Shown one piece after another: positions 34,762 through 48,709 of a stretch of DNA of 64,000 nucleotides. Each line of letters starts with the position of its first letter. Position 1 is the stretch's first letter. The notes under the pieces are model-generated. The model had not been told where the DNA came from and ran no database searches. It saw nothing but the letters and a program-made list of their open reading frames with translations. Source of the stretch: Tubulanus polymorphus. Its lineage: Eukaryota; Animalia; Nemertea. Location of the stretch: NCBI RefSeq assembly GCF_964204645.1, contig NC_134035.1:10634451-10698450 (forward strand), in the 5' to 3' direction. A program made the position numbers and the translations under genes.

Positions 34762-36634
34762 TATTACAAGATCAAAGCGTTATTTCATCAAATATACACA
34801 TCTCGCACTAGACGCGTCTCATCCAAAATCTAAGGTATTAGATAATATGCGACGCTTTCGGAATAAATTGCCTGCTGAGCTAGAAGACGATTTAACTATA
34901 TGGTGCGAGACACATCTCGCAGTTTTCTAACAAGTATTTTGATCACCGTGTAAAAATGCACCGTTTAATTATCGCCCCCTTTGTGGTATTAATGTCTGAA
35001 CGAAATGAACTTCAAGTAACAGTTCTTCGAAGGCACAGCGCACCTTCCCAGGCATTTTTGACGCTAAACAGCCTTGAAACGTAAACTAGAAGAAAGTATA
35101 CGCCTTTAACCTTCAGTTACTGGTGAAATAGAAATCCAAACTTCCATCGTGTCGAGGAATTTTTTTTGTAAACCGCAGTTCATAAACGAACATTCAAAAC
35201 TTCTTTAAACTTTTTATTTAGACACAGCATTAGAATAGGATATGCCGTGGTCGGACGTGGTTGATACGCGGGGAAGCCGGATGGAAACTTTCACGACAGG
35301 AAATTATGATAATGGCAAAAAATGAATTAATAAAACATTCGTGCATAGCTGCGCGCACGAAGCTTTTAGCGAATTTTTGGAGCTTCGAGAACCCATTTCA
35401 TAGAATAACTTAAAACAAAGTTTCGTCGATATTTTTTTGTAACTAGAATGGTGAAACTTCTAAGCCGCCCCGACATAAATCATGCATACTTGATCCTTCT
35501 TTTACTCAGATAAACCCGAGATTGGAGCCGCGTTCATGCTGTAAGTCAGTTCTAACTTGGCCAACCTCGCACGGCCCAGTTTAGAATGAAAAAAATCACC
35601 TGACTACGTTTGCAAGAGTTTTTGTATCCGCTGTAATAACTGGTCCAGCTACTGACAGGCAATTGAAGCTGTTGTCACTGGTGCAATGCAAAATTGATTG
35701 ACAGGCAATAGAGCAATATTTCTATTCACACATAGAGAAGGTTTAAGGGTCCGTTCTAAAACTAAGAATGGACCTTAAACGGTCGAGATTGTTCAACCAA
35801 CGGTTAATGCTTAGTCCGTTGTAAATCTGAACGGACTAAAGTTCTAAATGCCGTAGTGTGAACGTGGCTCTCTAGGCAGTCAGTTTACATTCGGGGTGAA
35901 CATATAGTATATTTAGAAAGAATTTATTTAAATCCTTTGTTATTTCGTTGGTAAATTCGTAAAAACCCGCGGCAAAAACCGACGTGGAAAGGCGACAAAT
36001 TTATTTTAAATCATGATTAATTTCCTCTTGGTAAATTAATGAAAAGCATTAATAACAACGGATCATACGCCCTTCTATTGTTATACATGATACGTCAAAC
36101 ACTATTTTCATTAATTCATATATACAAAAATACTTCCCGTTCCCTAACGACCAATCAATAAGCCGCAAGCGCCTAGTTTATTAATATGTTTGATGAATAG
36201 CTTCGTTTATTAGCGGTAACCCTTAAAAATGAATATCATCGGAATTAAATTTCTTCCGTCAGCGCTTTCCTGACAATAGACAATCGAATGCTTAAAGGTA
36301 AAGGATATACAAATCAGCATAATTGTGAGCGCCTCTAGTTTTTTACACGTCAACAGAACGACAGCAAATGTTCGGAATTATTGATGATGCCCATCACGGA
36401 GAACCAGAAGCCCACAGTGTGCCGCGGATTGCGTTTCTTTCTTTACTATCAGATGAATGAACTATTCAGGCCTGCCCAGGTATATACATCGTCAATGCTC
36501 GCTATTCATCCGAATCGTAATCCAAGACCAAAAAATCGTTAAATACCAAATAATCGTGTACGGTTTCAGATGGATGCTTATAATATCAAACGACCAAAAC
36601 ATATGAAAACGGACAAAAATGTAATTCAACCTTG

Positions 36635-36840
<206 letters not shown>

Positions 36841-37452
36841 GAATGTCTTTTTATTGTTACCGCGGTTTCTTTTTTTTGCTACCATTGACCAATAAAACGT
36901 CGTACTTCAAGTCCACTTTGGCTTATTTGTAGTTCATTCTATGTTGCAATTCATCAAATCTAACTGCTGTTTTTCTAGTAGGAATAGCTTTTACTGCGCC
37001 AACAATTCAGAATTTAAGCACCACGTGCACGCACTATCATAATTCCGATGCGAAAAATCTCAATTTCTACATTGTTCAAATATTTATATCCATACTTTAA
37101 AGGAAATACTACCAAAAATTATAAAACTTTAGAATTCGGATTCTTTAGGCGTATGAATCGTATTATCTACAATACGAGAATTATTTCAAACATAGAATAT
37201 CACGATGAATTGATACCAAACATCGGTTTAATCGTGTCCATATCTGCACTATGCTGCTAAGTGAATCTGTCATTAAGATCGAAGAAATAAATGGGTTTTA
37301 CAGGAAAATACTGCGTTAATTTCACGCGAAAAAAACCATAAGATAACTATAAGATAACTAAGAATCAGTTGTAGATCACAATATCCGTGATAAAACAATC
37401 AGTAAAATCTAAGCAATAAATGAATCGGTAGCCAGAACGTTTATCGAAATAC

Positions 37453-37548
37453 TAGAAATATTTCGGATGGTTTCTGCAATCCTTCATCGATCTAAAATGA
37501 CTGATTTAGATCGAAGAAGGGTGGCAGAAACCACCCGAAATATTTCTA
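37453..37548. ncRNA. Divergent inverted pair of variant hammerhead-like motifs
   Basis: Plus 37507-37548: UAGA-UCGAAGA-A-GGGUGG(CAGAAA)CCACCC-GAAA-UAUU-UCUA. Minus 37494-37453: UAGA-UCGAUGA-A-GGAU...AUCC-GAAA-UAUU-UCUA. Confidence 0.55.
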
Positions 37549-38852
37549 TATTTGAATACACTTTTTATTCTTTACCAATTCATTTATTGTGGGATTCACT
37601 CCTACAAGATAATTAGTATCATCGGTATTGTCAATCCAATTTTTCTGCGTTTCATAATACGTTCGGCTTCAGAAGTTGGAGGGATTAGTTATTTACTTGT
37701 CACAATGGAATAGAACGCAATCTTCAGAAAGATTATACGTTTAGGTTTTTACGTCAGTTGGTCGGTGAGCATTGAGTTAGTCATTACTTTCGTTACTTTT
37801 GTTACTATCGGCCGTTGGCTAAACGAACAAAATGAACAAACGAGACATTGAAATAAGAAACGTAATATATAATTCTTCCACGCTCGTGACGTAAGCTGCA
37901 TTGACGCGGTATCATGTGACACATTTTCGTTCATCTCGCGAATATCAATGTTTTTGCATTAATTTCTAAATAAAAGCTGAAAAGTTAAATTCAAACTTCC
38001 ACAACACGTAGAAAATATGATCATCGCGTAAATGATTCACCTTCGCTGTAGGGCTGACCACTTTTTACCGGGGGCTTATCGTATCATGTATCCCGCTGAG
38101 TTCAGCTGGGTTGAATCATATCGGGTTTCATTACCATGACAAGGACTAAAGGGGGTAGGCGTACCCTTTGTTAATACGAGTCATACCGGACCCTAAGTTG
38201 CTTCTATATATTACATGCGCTAAAAAGCGTCGAATTTTGATAAGAATTGAACTTATTTGCATTTAAAAAAGCATGGTGTTCATAGTGACGCTATCGAGTT
38301 GAATCACTGAGTTCAGTCGACGCGCTGTCTTGCGATTTTGTTTTAATCCATCTATCTTTCACTAATCGACTTTTGCGTTAAGTAAAATGTTAACGATCGC
38401 ACGGAGCCGCAATAGCTAATGCAGCGATGTAGGCTAAATGGCGTACACGCTGTGGTGAACTGATTTCATTGAAGTCATTAAAAGTGACAGTTACAAATTT
38501 TATCGGCCTTCTGTCTGATGTCAGGAGTAAAGTAACGAATTGATTGCACTGTTAAACGCCCATGTATTGTCTTAAACGTTAGGGAGTTGAATAAGTTTAA
38601 ACGGCGATTACTAAAATAGGACATCTTTATGACTGCAATTAGAAGAGCTTCGGTTTGCAGTAAGAATTCTACCAACAACGATAATCGCATGTTTGATCTA
38701 CGTACTAGAATACCAGTATAGATCTTATGATGAATACGATGTGAAGGTAAACTAATTGCTAGCCCATTCAACCAATGCTCACAATTTCTCGCAGTGTTTG
38801 AAGGCATAGATCATATCTTAATTGATTTAACGGCATGCCGTTACTATCCAGA

Positions 38853-38958
38853 GAGCCAGTTCCACAGTCGTGAGTTAGTGTTAACTCTGCGTTAAAATGA
38901 GTTCCTTTTCGATGAGTTTAAAGTCAAATCTTAATTCACATCTATGGACAGCTGCTCA
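38853..38958. mobile_element. Small MITE related to family A (second copy ~61368-61457)
   Basis: CCAGTTCCACAGTCGTGAGTTAG...GTTAACTCTG...TTTTCGATGA...TCTTAA; matches 61368-61457, which ends TTAACTCACAATTGTGGAACTGG. Confidence 0.6.
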
Positions 38959-41033
38959 ATAGTCGGCTAAAGATAACCGGTGGATAGATACCATAGCAAT
39001 AATATACTTTCGATATTTCAACTATCCACTTGCTTAACTTTAACCAAACTTTGTGAGCAACGGTGGCCCCGAAGGTACAATTCTCTGGTTTAACTTTGAA
39101 GCCTGAAAAAGAATATCATTCGCTGTAGTCAAACTGAAATTACGTAACATATAGCTCGGCCATAAGGTCCCTTTCACAGAACGACTTGAAGTTTCGAAAA
39201 CACCGAAATTCAACGAAATACTTCTAGTCTTTGGATTGGCCTATGTATCGTTTTGGCGATAAACAGTAGCTGACCGTTTTGATAATTTTGCGGAGGCGCT
39301 TATTTCAAATTGATTAAACTAAACTTAAGAAAGTCAAGTCGCACGGAAGAGACGTGAAACGTGTGCGAAATATTTCCATATTGCACCGCGAAATGTTCTT
39401 CTGTTGGAAAATGAACTGAATGAAGTAAATGAGAATTGCGAACATTCTTGTCGCGAAAATAGTCGAGCTTTCACTTTATTTGCGAGACTACACCGTAATA
39501 ATCTTCGTCCACGCAACACAATTCTGAAATTCGATCTGATTTTATTCATATTTTGAGAAAAGGTATTCATGCATTTCTCCAATATTTGCGCACGCTGAAA
39601 TACGTTTGCCAATCGATTGTATAACGACGGTGTAGCTTCTCTTTGAAGTTCGGTTAAGTCGTTCTAGAATCTTTCTATAACTTACTGTCGGTTACCCCTG
39701 AATTGATGAAAGGATTGGAAATTGATTGTGCCAGAGACGAAACAAAATTCGACTGACTGCATCGAAGATACATATATTCAATAGCATTATCTGCGCATGT
39801 CTGTTGTGGCAAGTAACGATGACGTTCGGTCGGTCGCACACATTGCAAATAGATGTAGGCTCGAAATTGTAGTAGAATAACCACACTCAAACGTGGTGAA
39901 CGGATGATAAGATATAAACCCACCATGAATAAATAGATTATAAGTTTTAAAAAAATCGACAATTTGTTCAATATAAAAATTGAAAGAACACGACGTTTCG
40001 ATCTCTTGGGTGAGATCGAAACGTATTGATTTGAAACATTATTTGATTAAATAATCATTTATTAATCTGTGCATAGTGGGTTTCATCTTCCTGGAATTGT
40101 ATCTAAAGAAACTGGAGTTAATCAACAGAAGTTCCCCTCCGACATCAAGCTGCCATAGATAGGATAAAGAAACGTCGAGCCGTCAGTGGCGCTCAGGTGG
40201 TCGCCGAATGAGAAAATAACAATAATAAACTGTCGTGGGATCATTTTCGAATGATCAACAAACTTTTTAAACAACAGTTACCGCGCTATTTGGTCATTCA
40301 TATGGAGTAGGTCTTTCGTTCATACATAAATACCTTCGGGTAATAAAGAAGTGTCGTAATACTCGAAGGGCCGACAGATATTACACGTTCTCGATATTCA
40401 TTACACACTTTCTATTCTTATTAGTTACTCGACGATAATTCTCAAATGGATAACACAATCGTAAAGCGAAAGTTCGGGACGAATCAAATATTGATACACG
40501 ATCGCCGCGCTGTGAAAATTAATAATAGGACACGCTTCGGTTTAATGGGATGATAGTGGATTTCCTGCCGTTACCAAGTATACGGCCGTGGCAGTCGGAC
40601 ACGGCGAGTGTAAACGAACCTGGCCGTTCATACGATACCCGAATTATCGTTGATAATTACATCTTGTGCGGTGACGAGTTTTATGGACTTACTATTTACT
40701 TGATAACCGGAATAACGATTTATCATCTATTTGTCGACGATACAGAGAAAACTAGAACGTCCCTGTCTCGAGCGCTATTATTGAAATAACGTTTGCTTAA
40801 GCCCCCGCGTGAGCTGCATATAGAAATTATGATGTTTTATGTCGCGCAAGATGTTCGATTTTTATTCGCAAGGACGAGAAAAGAACCAGAGCCTAGAAAA
40901 AATGTGATATGTTATTAGGTTATTTATTACGTGACTTGTCAGAAATACTAATGATCGTTTCGATACAGAAAAATACGCGAGATCCTCCATGACGTCATCC
41001 TATAATCTACGTCATTCCATCTTCGTACTCTTA

Positions 41034-41195
41034 AGCCGGGCGCACACTAGAGGCGATTTGTTGCCGATTAACGGCGATCTTGTCGCCGAATATCTAGCAT
41101 GCTAGATACTGAGCGATTTTGTCACCGGCGCCGATTTGTCGACCGACAATGGTCGCCAGTGACCGCACACTACGTGATTTCTCGGCGATTTTGTC
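41034..41195. mobile_element. Harbinger-like MITE left end abutting the 24-bp minisatellite
   Basis: TTAA then GCCGGGCGCACACTA, with subterminal GGCGATTT repeats and a second CGCACACTA; no matching right end seen. Confidence 0.45.
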
Positions 41196-42535
41196 CTGGA
41201 TGAATACATGGAGGTCTAGCTGGATGAGTGCAGGGAGGTCTAGCTGGATGAGTGCAGAGAGGTCTAGCTGGATGAGTGCAGGGAGGTCTAGCTGGATGAG
41301 TGTATAGAGGTCTAGCTGGATGAGTGCATGGAGGTCTAGCTGGATGAGTGCATGGAGGTCTAGCTGGATGAGTGCATGGAGTTTTAGCTGGATGAGTGCG
41401 TCTAGCTGGATGAGTGTATAGAGGTCTAGCTGGATGAGTGCAGGGGGGTCTAGCTGGATGAGCACATGGAGGTCTAGCTGGATGAGTGTATAGAGGTCTA
41501 GCTGGATTAGTGCAGGGAGGTCTAGCTGGATGAGCACATGGAGGTCTAGCTGGATGAGTGTATAGAGGTCTAGCTGGATGAGTGCATGGAGGTCTAGCTG
41601 GATGAGTGCATGGAGGTCTAACTGGATGAGTGTATAGAGGTCTAGCTGGATGAGTGCATGGAGTTTTAGCTGGATGAGTGTATAGAGGTCTACCTGGATG
41701 AGTGCAGGGAGGTCTAGCTGGATGAGTGCAGAGAGGTCTAGCTGGATGAGTGTATAGAGGTCTAGCTGGATGAGTGCAGGGAGGTCTAGCTGGATGAGCA
41801 CATGGAGGTCTAGCTGGATGAGTGTATAGAGGTCTAGCTGGATGAGTGCAGGGAGGTCTAGCTGGATGAGAACATGGAGGTCTAGCTGGATGAGTGTATA
41901 GAGGTTTAGCTGGATGAGTGCAGGGAGGTCTAGCTGGATGAGCACATGGAGGTCTAGCTGGATGAGTGCAGAGAGGTCTAGCTGGATGAGTGTATGGAGG
42001 TCTACCTGGATGAGTGCAGGGAGGTCTAGCTGGATGAGTGCAGAGATGTCTAGCTGGATGAGTGCAGGGAGGTCTAGCTGGATGAGTGTATAGAGGTCTA
42101 GCTGGATGAGTGCAGGGAGGTCTAGCTGGATGAGCACATGGAGGTCTAGCTGGATGAGTGTATAGAGGTCTAGCTGGATGAGTGCAGGGAGGTCTAGCTG
42201 GATGAGCACATGGAGGTCTAGCTGGATGAGTGTATAGAGGTTTAGCTGGATGAGTGCAGGGAGGTCTAGCTGGATGAGCACATGGAGGTCTAGCTGGATG
42301 AGTGCAGAGAGGTCTAGCTGGATGAGTGTATGGAGGTCTACCTGGATGAGTGCAGGGAGGTCTAGCTGGATGAGTGCAGAGAGGTCTAGCTGGATGAGTG
42401 CAGGGAGGTCTAGCTGGATGAGTGTATAGAGGTCTAGCTGGATGAGTGCAGGGAGGTCTAGCTGGATGAGCACATGGAGGTCTAGCTGGATGAGTGTATA
42501 GAGGTCTAGCTGGATGAGTGCATGGAGGTGTAGCT
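41196..42535. repeat. 24-bp minisatellite (GAGGTCTAGCTGGATGAGTGCAGG), ~56 units with higher-order structure
   Basis: Directly visible; variation is concentrated in one short segment of each unit. Confidence 0.97.
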
Positions 42536-44549
42536 TCTGTGCCTTAAAACATTCATAAACGTACGATGCACAGACTATGTACCTCCGCCTCCTCCAAATC
42601 TACGAGTTCGTAAACGTCCTTCCCGTCATTCGGTAATTTCGTGAAAAAAGGTCATTGATCCGTCTTATGCCTCCTAATCATCGACTGAAATTACACTCTC
42701 ATTGCTAAATTATGTCTAATTTTCTCTTACTTCTGGTAAGAAATGCTTCGGGGATACGCAATTGATCTTCCGCCATTGCTGATTAAGCCTTAAGTACACA
42801 GCGGAACCCTTAGCGTAGAGTCAAGAAGAGCGAAATTATTTCCATCCGCCTACGTGCGGCGGCGCTTTCGACAGCAACGTTACGCAACGACAATCGCATT
42901 CTGAAGCAGGGAAAATAACGAGGAATATATTTTTCGTAGATTGTTCTGCATTCGTTTTCGACAGTGCCGCGTTGTTTACGCCGAGCGCGGAAGTTTGTAA
43001 ATCATGACGCTATTTCATTAAGGTTTATCAACACTATCGTCGAGGAGAAGTGCGTAGATCGCGTTACTAATTGTGCTCAAAACTGACTCCTACATTATTG
43101 ATGCCATTTACCGAGCAATCACACACGGGCCGCGGACGTGATTTCAAACGAGATTATGGGAGAGAAACTGAGAGAGAGAGGGAGAGAGGGAGAGAGGGAG
43201 AGAGAGCGCACTACCGTGATCGGTACATTCGCTGTAACTGTGTAAATACCACGACGTACGACGTTGTGCGGAATACACAAAATAACTGTTCAAAATACAA
43301 GTAGCATTGTTTTCGTACTCGAGTATTTTACTATACGTATACGAATGACGACTTAAGGCTTAGTAAATTAATTTTGAAATACAAAATGGAACTCAAAAAG
43401 TTCGGACGGCTTAAAAGATATGACGACTTGAGTTTGACTGTATAGGCGACTGTGAGAAAAAATACAATTCAAAATGAGACGTTCCAAAAATGAAATGACC
43501 AAACCGACGGGCATGTCTTGTGATAGTCGCATCGACTTAGTGCAAAGGTTTACCACAATGAATTAATGCTTATTTAATTAGGCCATGTCTTTATCTCATG
43601 CGGTGAGTTAAAAGCTGATTTCATCGTCGGAGCTTTCTGCCACGGTTCTGCAGTAGTTTCGGGGTGCAGGTTCGAATCCAGGTTGGAAATATATTCCTCG
43701 CTATATGCATAAATGCACGTAAAATTCATAAATCTACTCGGTGTAGAATGAATATTGTACGTATTGGCTAGTCATCCAGTTGAAGCTAGAAAAAAACTCC
43801 CAAACCAATTCCTTTTACTTCAACTACGCCAATTAGGTTGTCACATATTCTTGTAAAAAAGGTATTAACGACAAACACGTTCAGAAAGTTTGCTTTGTTT
43901 TTGATTTATAAATGGTAGCGCAGAAATTTCTTGCACATAACGGAAAAGTCAACTTGAGTAGGTGGCTAAGGCGTCTAGTCGGCTTTGTACGTATTTTGAC
44001 GACATTAATAATAGAAACGCCTTCATAGCGGTTATCGCGAATGTCATTGCCATTGGAGAAGTTAACTGACCGACTTTTATCATTTCACGCGATGATTTAT
44101 TACGTAATTCGTATGAGCATTATTTATGGACCATGAAAATAATAACGATAAAAGTAATTTAACGTTGATTCGATGGCCGAAATAATTACATTACTTTACC
44201 TAACAAATTTTACAGTGCTAATGTTTCGCAGTCTTTCTGGGCTATTTTTTTCAGATTCCATAGGAATGAAAACTAATAGAACAAATATAGCAATTTAGTG
44301 AGAATATTCTATATGTTGGCACGGATGCAACGATCAGATAAACAGGTTTTCAAAGGATCTGTTTCATGAAAACCTTCGATAATAATTAACTTTGAACTGT
44401 CGATGTGAAGTGTCCAATAAATCAAAAATTCGATTTAAGCCTTATTGTGAAACCCAGGCCTGAGCTGGTTACGTAGTTGAATGTCATAACTTTATAATAA
44501 GTAATTTTCATTCATAAATATAATACACCTCCGCTGTACAAAATCTAAT

Positions 44550-44722
44550 GACAGCGTCCTGAGGACATTGATTAACTTCTATTTTCATTTTTACAGGACT
44601 TTTCTGCACTTTCTAAACACGCAGATAAAAAGGGCGAACTTTTCTACGCATTTGCCAACACGCGGATACATATGTCTGGAAAAATGAAAACAAAAGTACA
44701 CCAATGTCCCTAGGACTCTGTC
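44550..44722. mobile_element. Single-copy MITE-like inverted repeat
   Basis: GACAGCGTCCTGAGGACATTG...TTTTCATTTTT versus AAAAATGAAAA...CAATGTCCCTAGGACTCTGTC. Confidence 0.55.
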
Positions 44723-44944
44723 GTACGATTTCGTATATTTGTAAAGCTATATCAATATTCTATATAGTGCCTTAGTGCACTTAGAGCAGTATTCTACTGA
44801 CCAAGGCACCAAATTATGGTAAATAATGATAACATTGATACGGCAGTATCCTGGCGACAATTATATTTACCTTTTTCGTAGCTATCTTAGACATATTCTA
44901 AAGGAAATTAATTTTCTGCGTGAAAAAAAAAATCACGGGGAAAA

Positions 44945-45120
44945 ATTATTTATTTATTTATTTATTTATTTCCTGAATAATTTACATCAATAAATAAATA
45001 CCAGACAAAATTACAATAGATGATTAATTTGGTTCATACAAAATATATATAAACTGATGTAAAATAACAGCAGGGCAACCAGAGGAAAGCAGAGCTTGTA
45101 ATATCAGGCACCCCAAAAGG
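44945..45120 (-). mobile_element. Probable L2/CR1-type LINE or SINE 3' tail
   Basis: Minus strand: GC-rich hairpin GGGGTGCC...ACAAGCTCTGCTT...GGTTGCCC, then AT-rich sequence and a (TAAA)n tail; same layout as the 28.6-28.76 kb tail. Confidence 0.45.
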
Positions 45121-46178
45121 AACAAATAGAGATGAAATACGCACGATACACACAATTATTCTCAAAATGATTATGTTTCAAAGAAGGAGCTACGAAAGAT
45201 GAATTTAATTGACGTCAGGATGCTGCCGTATACGATGATGATAATATCAACATTCGATATTCTGGTGCGTACGCAATTCAGTGAAAAACGTAGTGGCAAT
45301 TAAATCTACCTAATGACGCTGAAAATATAAAAACATTTCGGAATTAAATTTCAATCGTGACCTCGGTGCCAACGTTAAATCAGCATCATTCTTAACGTGC
45401 ATTTCACAGCCGTTTGAACATTGCGCATCTCGCCGGAAGTGACGCGCGCGCGCCCAATCGTTTGCTGTTGTTTTTAACGCGAATTATCCGATATCAAATT
45501 TGAGTAATATGATTATCCGATATAACGAAGAGGCCCGCCGGGAACCGGGCGAGAACGATTCCCAGCAACGGGCAGGAAAAAAAAGCAATTCATTTATGGG
45601 CATAAATTCGCGAAAATTCCGCCGTTACTAAATCGTCGTCTCGATTCTAGCCGCGAGCAAAGAATTAACGCCACTCGGTCACACGTGAAAGCCACTACCG
45701 TCTCCGAAAAGCATCGGGTTTACATTATTAGTAAATAAGATCTTCGGGGCAATCGTATAGATTCGTATATACAACGAACAGTGGCTCAGAACAGATCAAA
45801 TGTTGGTATATATTGAACGTGCGGGTTTAACTATACCCAGTGGGTTCGAGTCCCCGAGCACCATGCGCGGTGTAAAAATAACTTCTGAAAAACTTTTTCC
45901 CGGTAAGAGTATAAATTCGATTATTTCACTCGATATATAACTTCTGTATTCACTGTAAGTAAGAGCTTTTTGTGGTTATTCTACCCAAGGAAAGTTAAGA
46001 TCATGACATTCGAGCGAGATAGTTTGCGATGGTAGTCTTTTGAATGAGTTGCTTTTTCAGGAAATGTATTTACGCCACGATAACCAAACCGAACAATAGA
46101 TTCGATAGATGCCGGACTTTCTGATGCAAACCTATTGTTCCGGATTCAGGAAGATAACGAATATTAACCCGGAAGTTA

Positions 46179-46398
46179 GGCTAAACAAAAATGATACCTT
46201 GTTTCTCCGCAGCGGCCGGGTCATTTTTGTAAAATATGATAAAATTTATAAACAGTTCATTTCTATAGCGGCCGGGTCTGTTATGGTAAAATTGATCACG
46301 ATTTTAAAAAAAGTAATGTATAGGGTAGATAGGCGGCCGGCCGGGTCAACATTTAAGCTCAGCAGAGCGGAGAAACAAGGTATCAATTTTTTTTAGCC
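46179..46398. mobile_element. MITE family B (~220 bp), best-preserved copy
   Basis: TIR GGCTAAA...TGATACCTTGTTTCTCCG / CGGAGAAACAAGGTATCA...TTTAGCC, flanked by TA on both sides. Confidence 0.85.
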
Positions 46399-48501
46399 TA
46401 TCTATGATTGGCAGAGCAGTGCCACCACGCGGCCTTAAGGTTACTTGGGCACACAGAGAGCTACTTTCATTTCTTTCTTAATCGCGCATGTTGAAAAATG
46501 TATATCTTATTGCTATTCATTTGTTTTTTGCTGTCGAATACTTTCCGTGAAATTAGATTTGGACTTGAACTTGAACCAATCAGGAACGCAGTTACATACA
46601 GCAGCGCCCACTGGCAAAGAGGGCGCCAGCTGCTGACGGTCCGATTATCACCGCGTAGATATTGTTATGCCCCGTTCCGATAACCTTCTTCACAAATTAC
46701 CAATAAATCGTTAAAATCTTATTCCAAAAATCTTGCAATCTTTGACGACCGTTATTTTGACAGAAGATTCCGATCGAAATCGATTCTTTCGCGATGGCGC
46801 TTTTCAACGAAACTCCATCGAATTTTTGTTTCCAATTTCATTTCATCTCGTAAACGTCGTTTGATCGTTTACAATAAGATCGCGACTGAACAAGACAAAG
46901 ACGGAGATTACTTCTGATGATAGGCGATGAACTTTCTTTTATACCGTTTCAATAAGCACTATTCGGGTTCGTTCGGTTTCCTAGACGGTGTAAACGGACC
47001 GAGAGTTATGAAAACAATGTCATACTCGGCGCAAAACGATTGAGTTTAGTTTTGATGAAAGGTGATGTAACGTCTGAGCGCGTTTCACTCTAGCAGCAAT
47101 CGTAATGTAACTACAATGTCGAACATGTTACTGTTCACGGGACTATCGATATTTTGGATGGAATTCATTCGTATTCGAATGAAAATGAATGCCGACAGTC
47201 GAAATGAAGATAAGCCAGTTAGTTTCTAGTTTTATAAAGTTTTTTTTTTTTAAACAAGCTTCAACTTGCGGAGCAAAGCGCATCTTTTACCGTACACGAT
47301 CGAAATTTGAACGATATATCATCGACTTCGGAAGAGGTTAAATTAAATGTCAAACCAACCGCAAGTCGTCGAGGCAAATACGTTGTTTTAATGGACAAAC
47401 GGTGTAGACAGGTCATTAGAATTAACATCGAAACATCCAGATATCTCCTGAGTATTCTCTCTTTCTCTCTGTGGATTTGGCAAAACCGATTCCACGCATT
47501 CGAAACCTTTGATGTTGTCTTGCTTTGATGCGTTGCCATATACAATTTGGATAAGACAGCGTTTATACCTTCTCCACAGCGACATTCCGACCAAAGGCTT
47601 CTAGCATTCTAATTGAACCACCGACTTCTGTTGGCAAAACACTGCCATATAGTTTCGATGGATAAAATGTTGGTTGTTTTTATCGGATATTTTGTGATCT
47701 AGATCAAATGAAAAATAGCGCGGTTCATCTATTTTCAACAGCCTGGCCTGAGAATGTGGATTTGTTACAGAAGTATGATAATAAACACCCAGCGTCCGAA
47801 GCTCCGAAATTTTGTCTTTCCATCGGTGCAAGGAAAGTCCGTATGGCTCACCGATTGAATGAATCCAATTTTTACCAGCTCCATCTACCATCCTATAACT
47901 AACTGAAGACATTTCTTATATAGCCCGAATTCAGAATTCTAATTTTTGTTTTATGATATGAAATTCATTTTTTTCACAATATCCAATGATGTACCACGAC
48001 CACTGCGAGGATCCACTGGTTGTCCGGCATTAAACCCGCTTCGATTTTTTCTTTTTACATTTCCAATCGAATTCGAATGCATTTCTCACATAAGTAAATA
48101 GATTACATACACTGAGTCAGACGTGTGACGGTTTGACAATATTTGGACTTAGGGGCCTTAAACCCCAGTTCAAATTTCAGATGTAGATGGCCGATGATGG
48201 TTGTCGAATTCCCGATCCAGTCGATGAAAGTCTTGCAAAATCATATCCGGTGTCCAGACCAAATCATATCTCGTTCCCGTATTTCATAGCGTCCTTTAAA
48301 CAAAGGGAAAATCTTTAAAACCAACAGAAACTAAATTCGCGATAGAAATTATCAATAAAAGATGCTACAAGCTGAATTAATGAAAAATAAATGAAGACAT
48401 TTTACGTGATGTATAGAGGTGCTGACATGCTGGTTGAGATGCTGCTTGGTATACCCAAACTCACTATGGGACAATAATGAAATCACACGTCGTAAGGCCA
48501 G

Positions 48502-48709
<208 letters not shown>

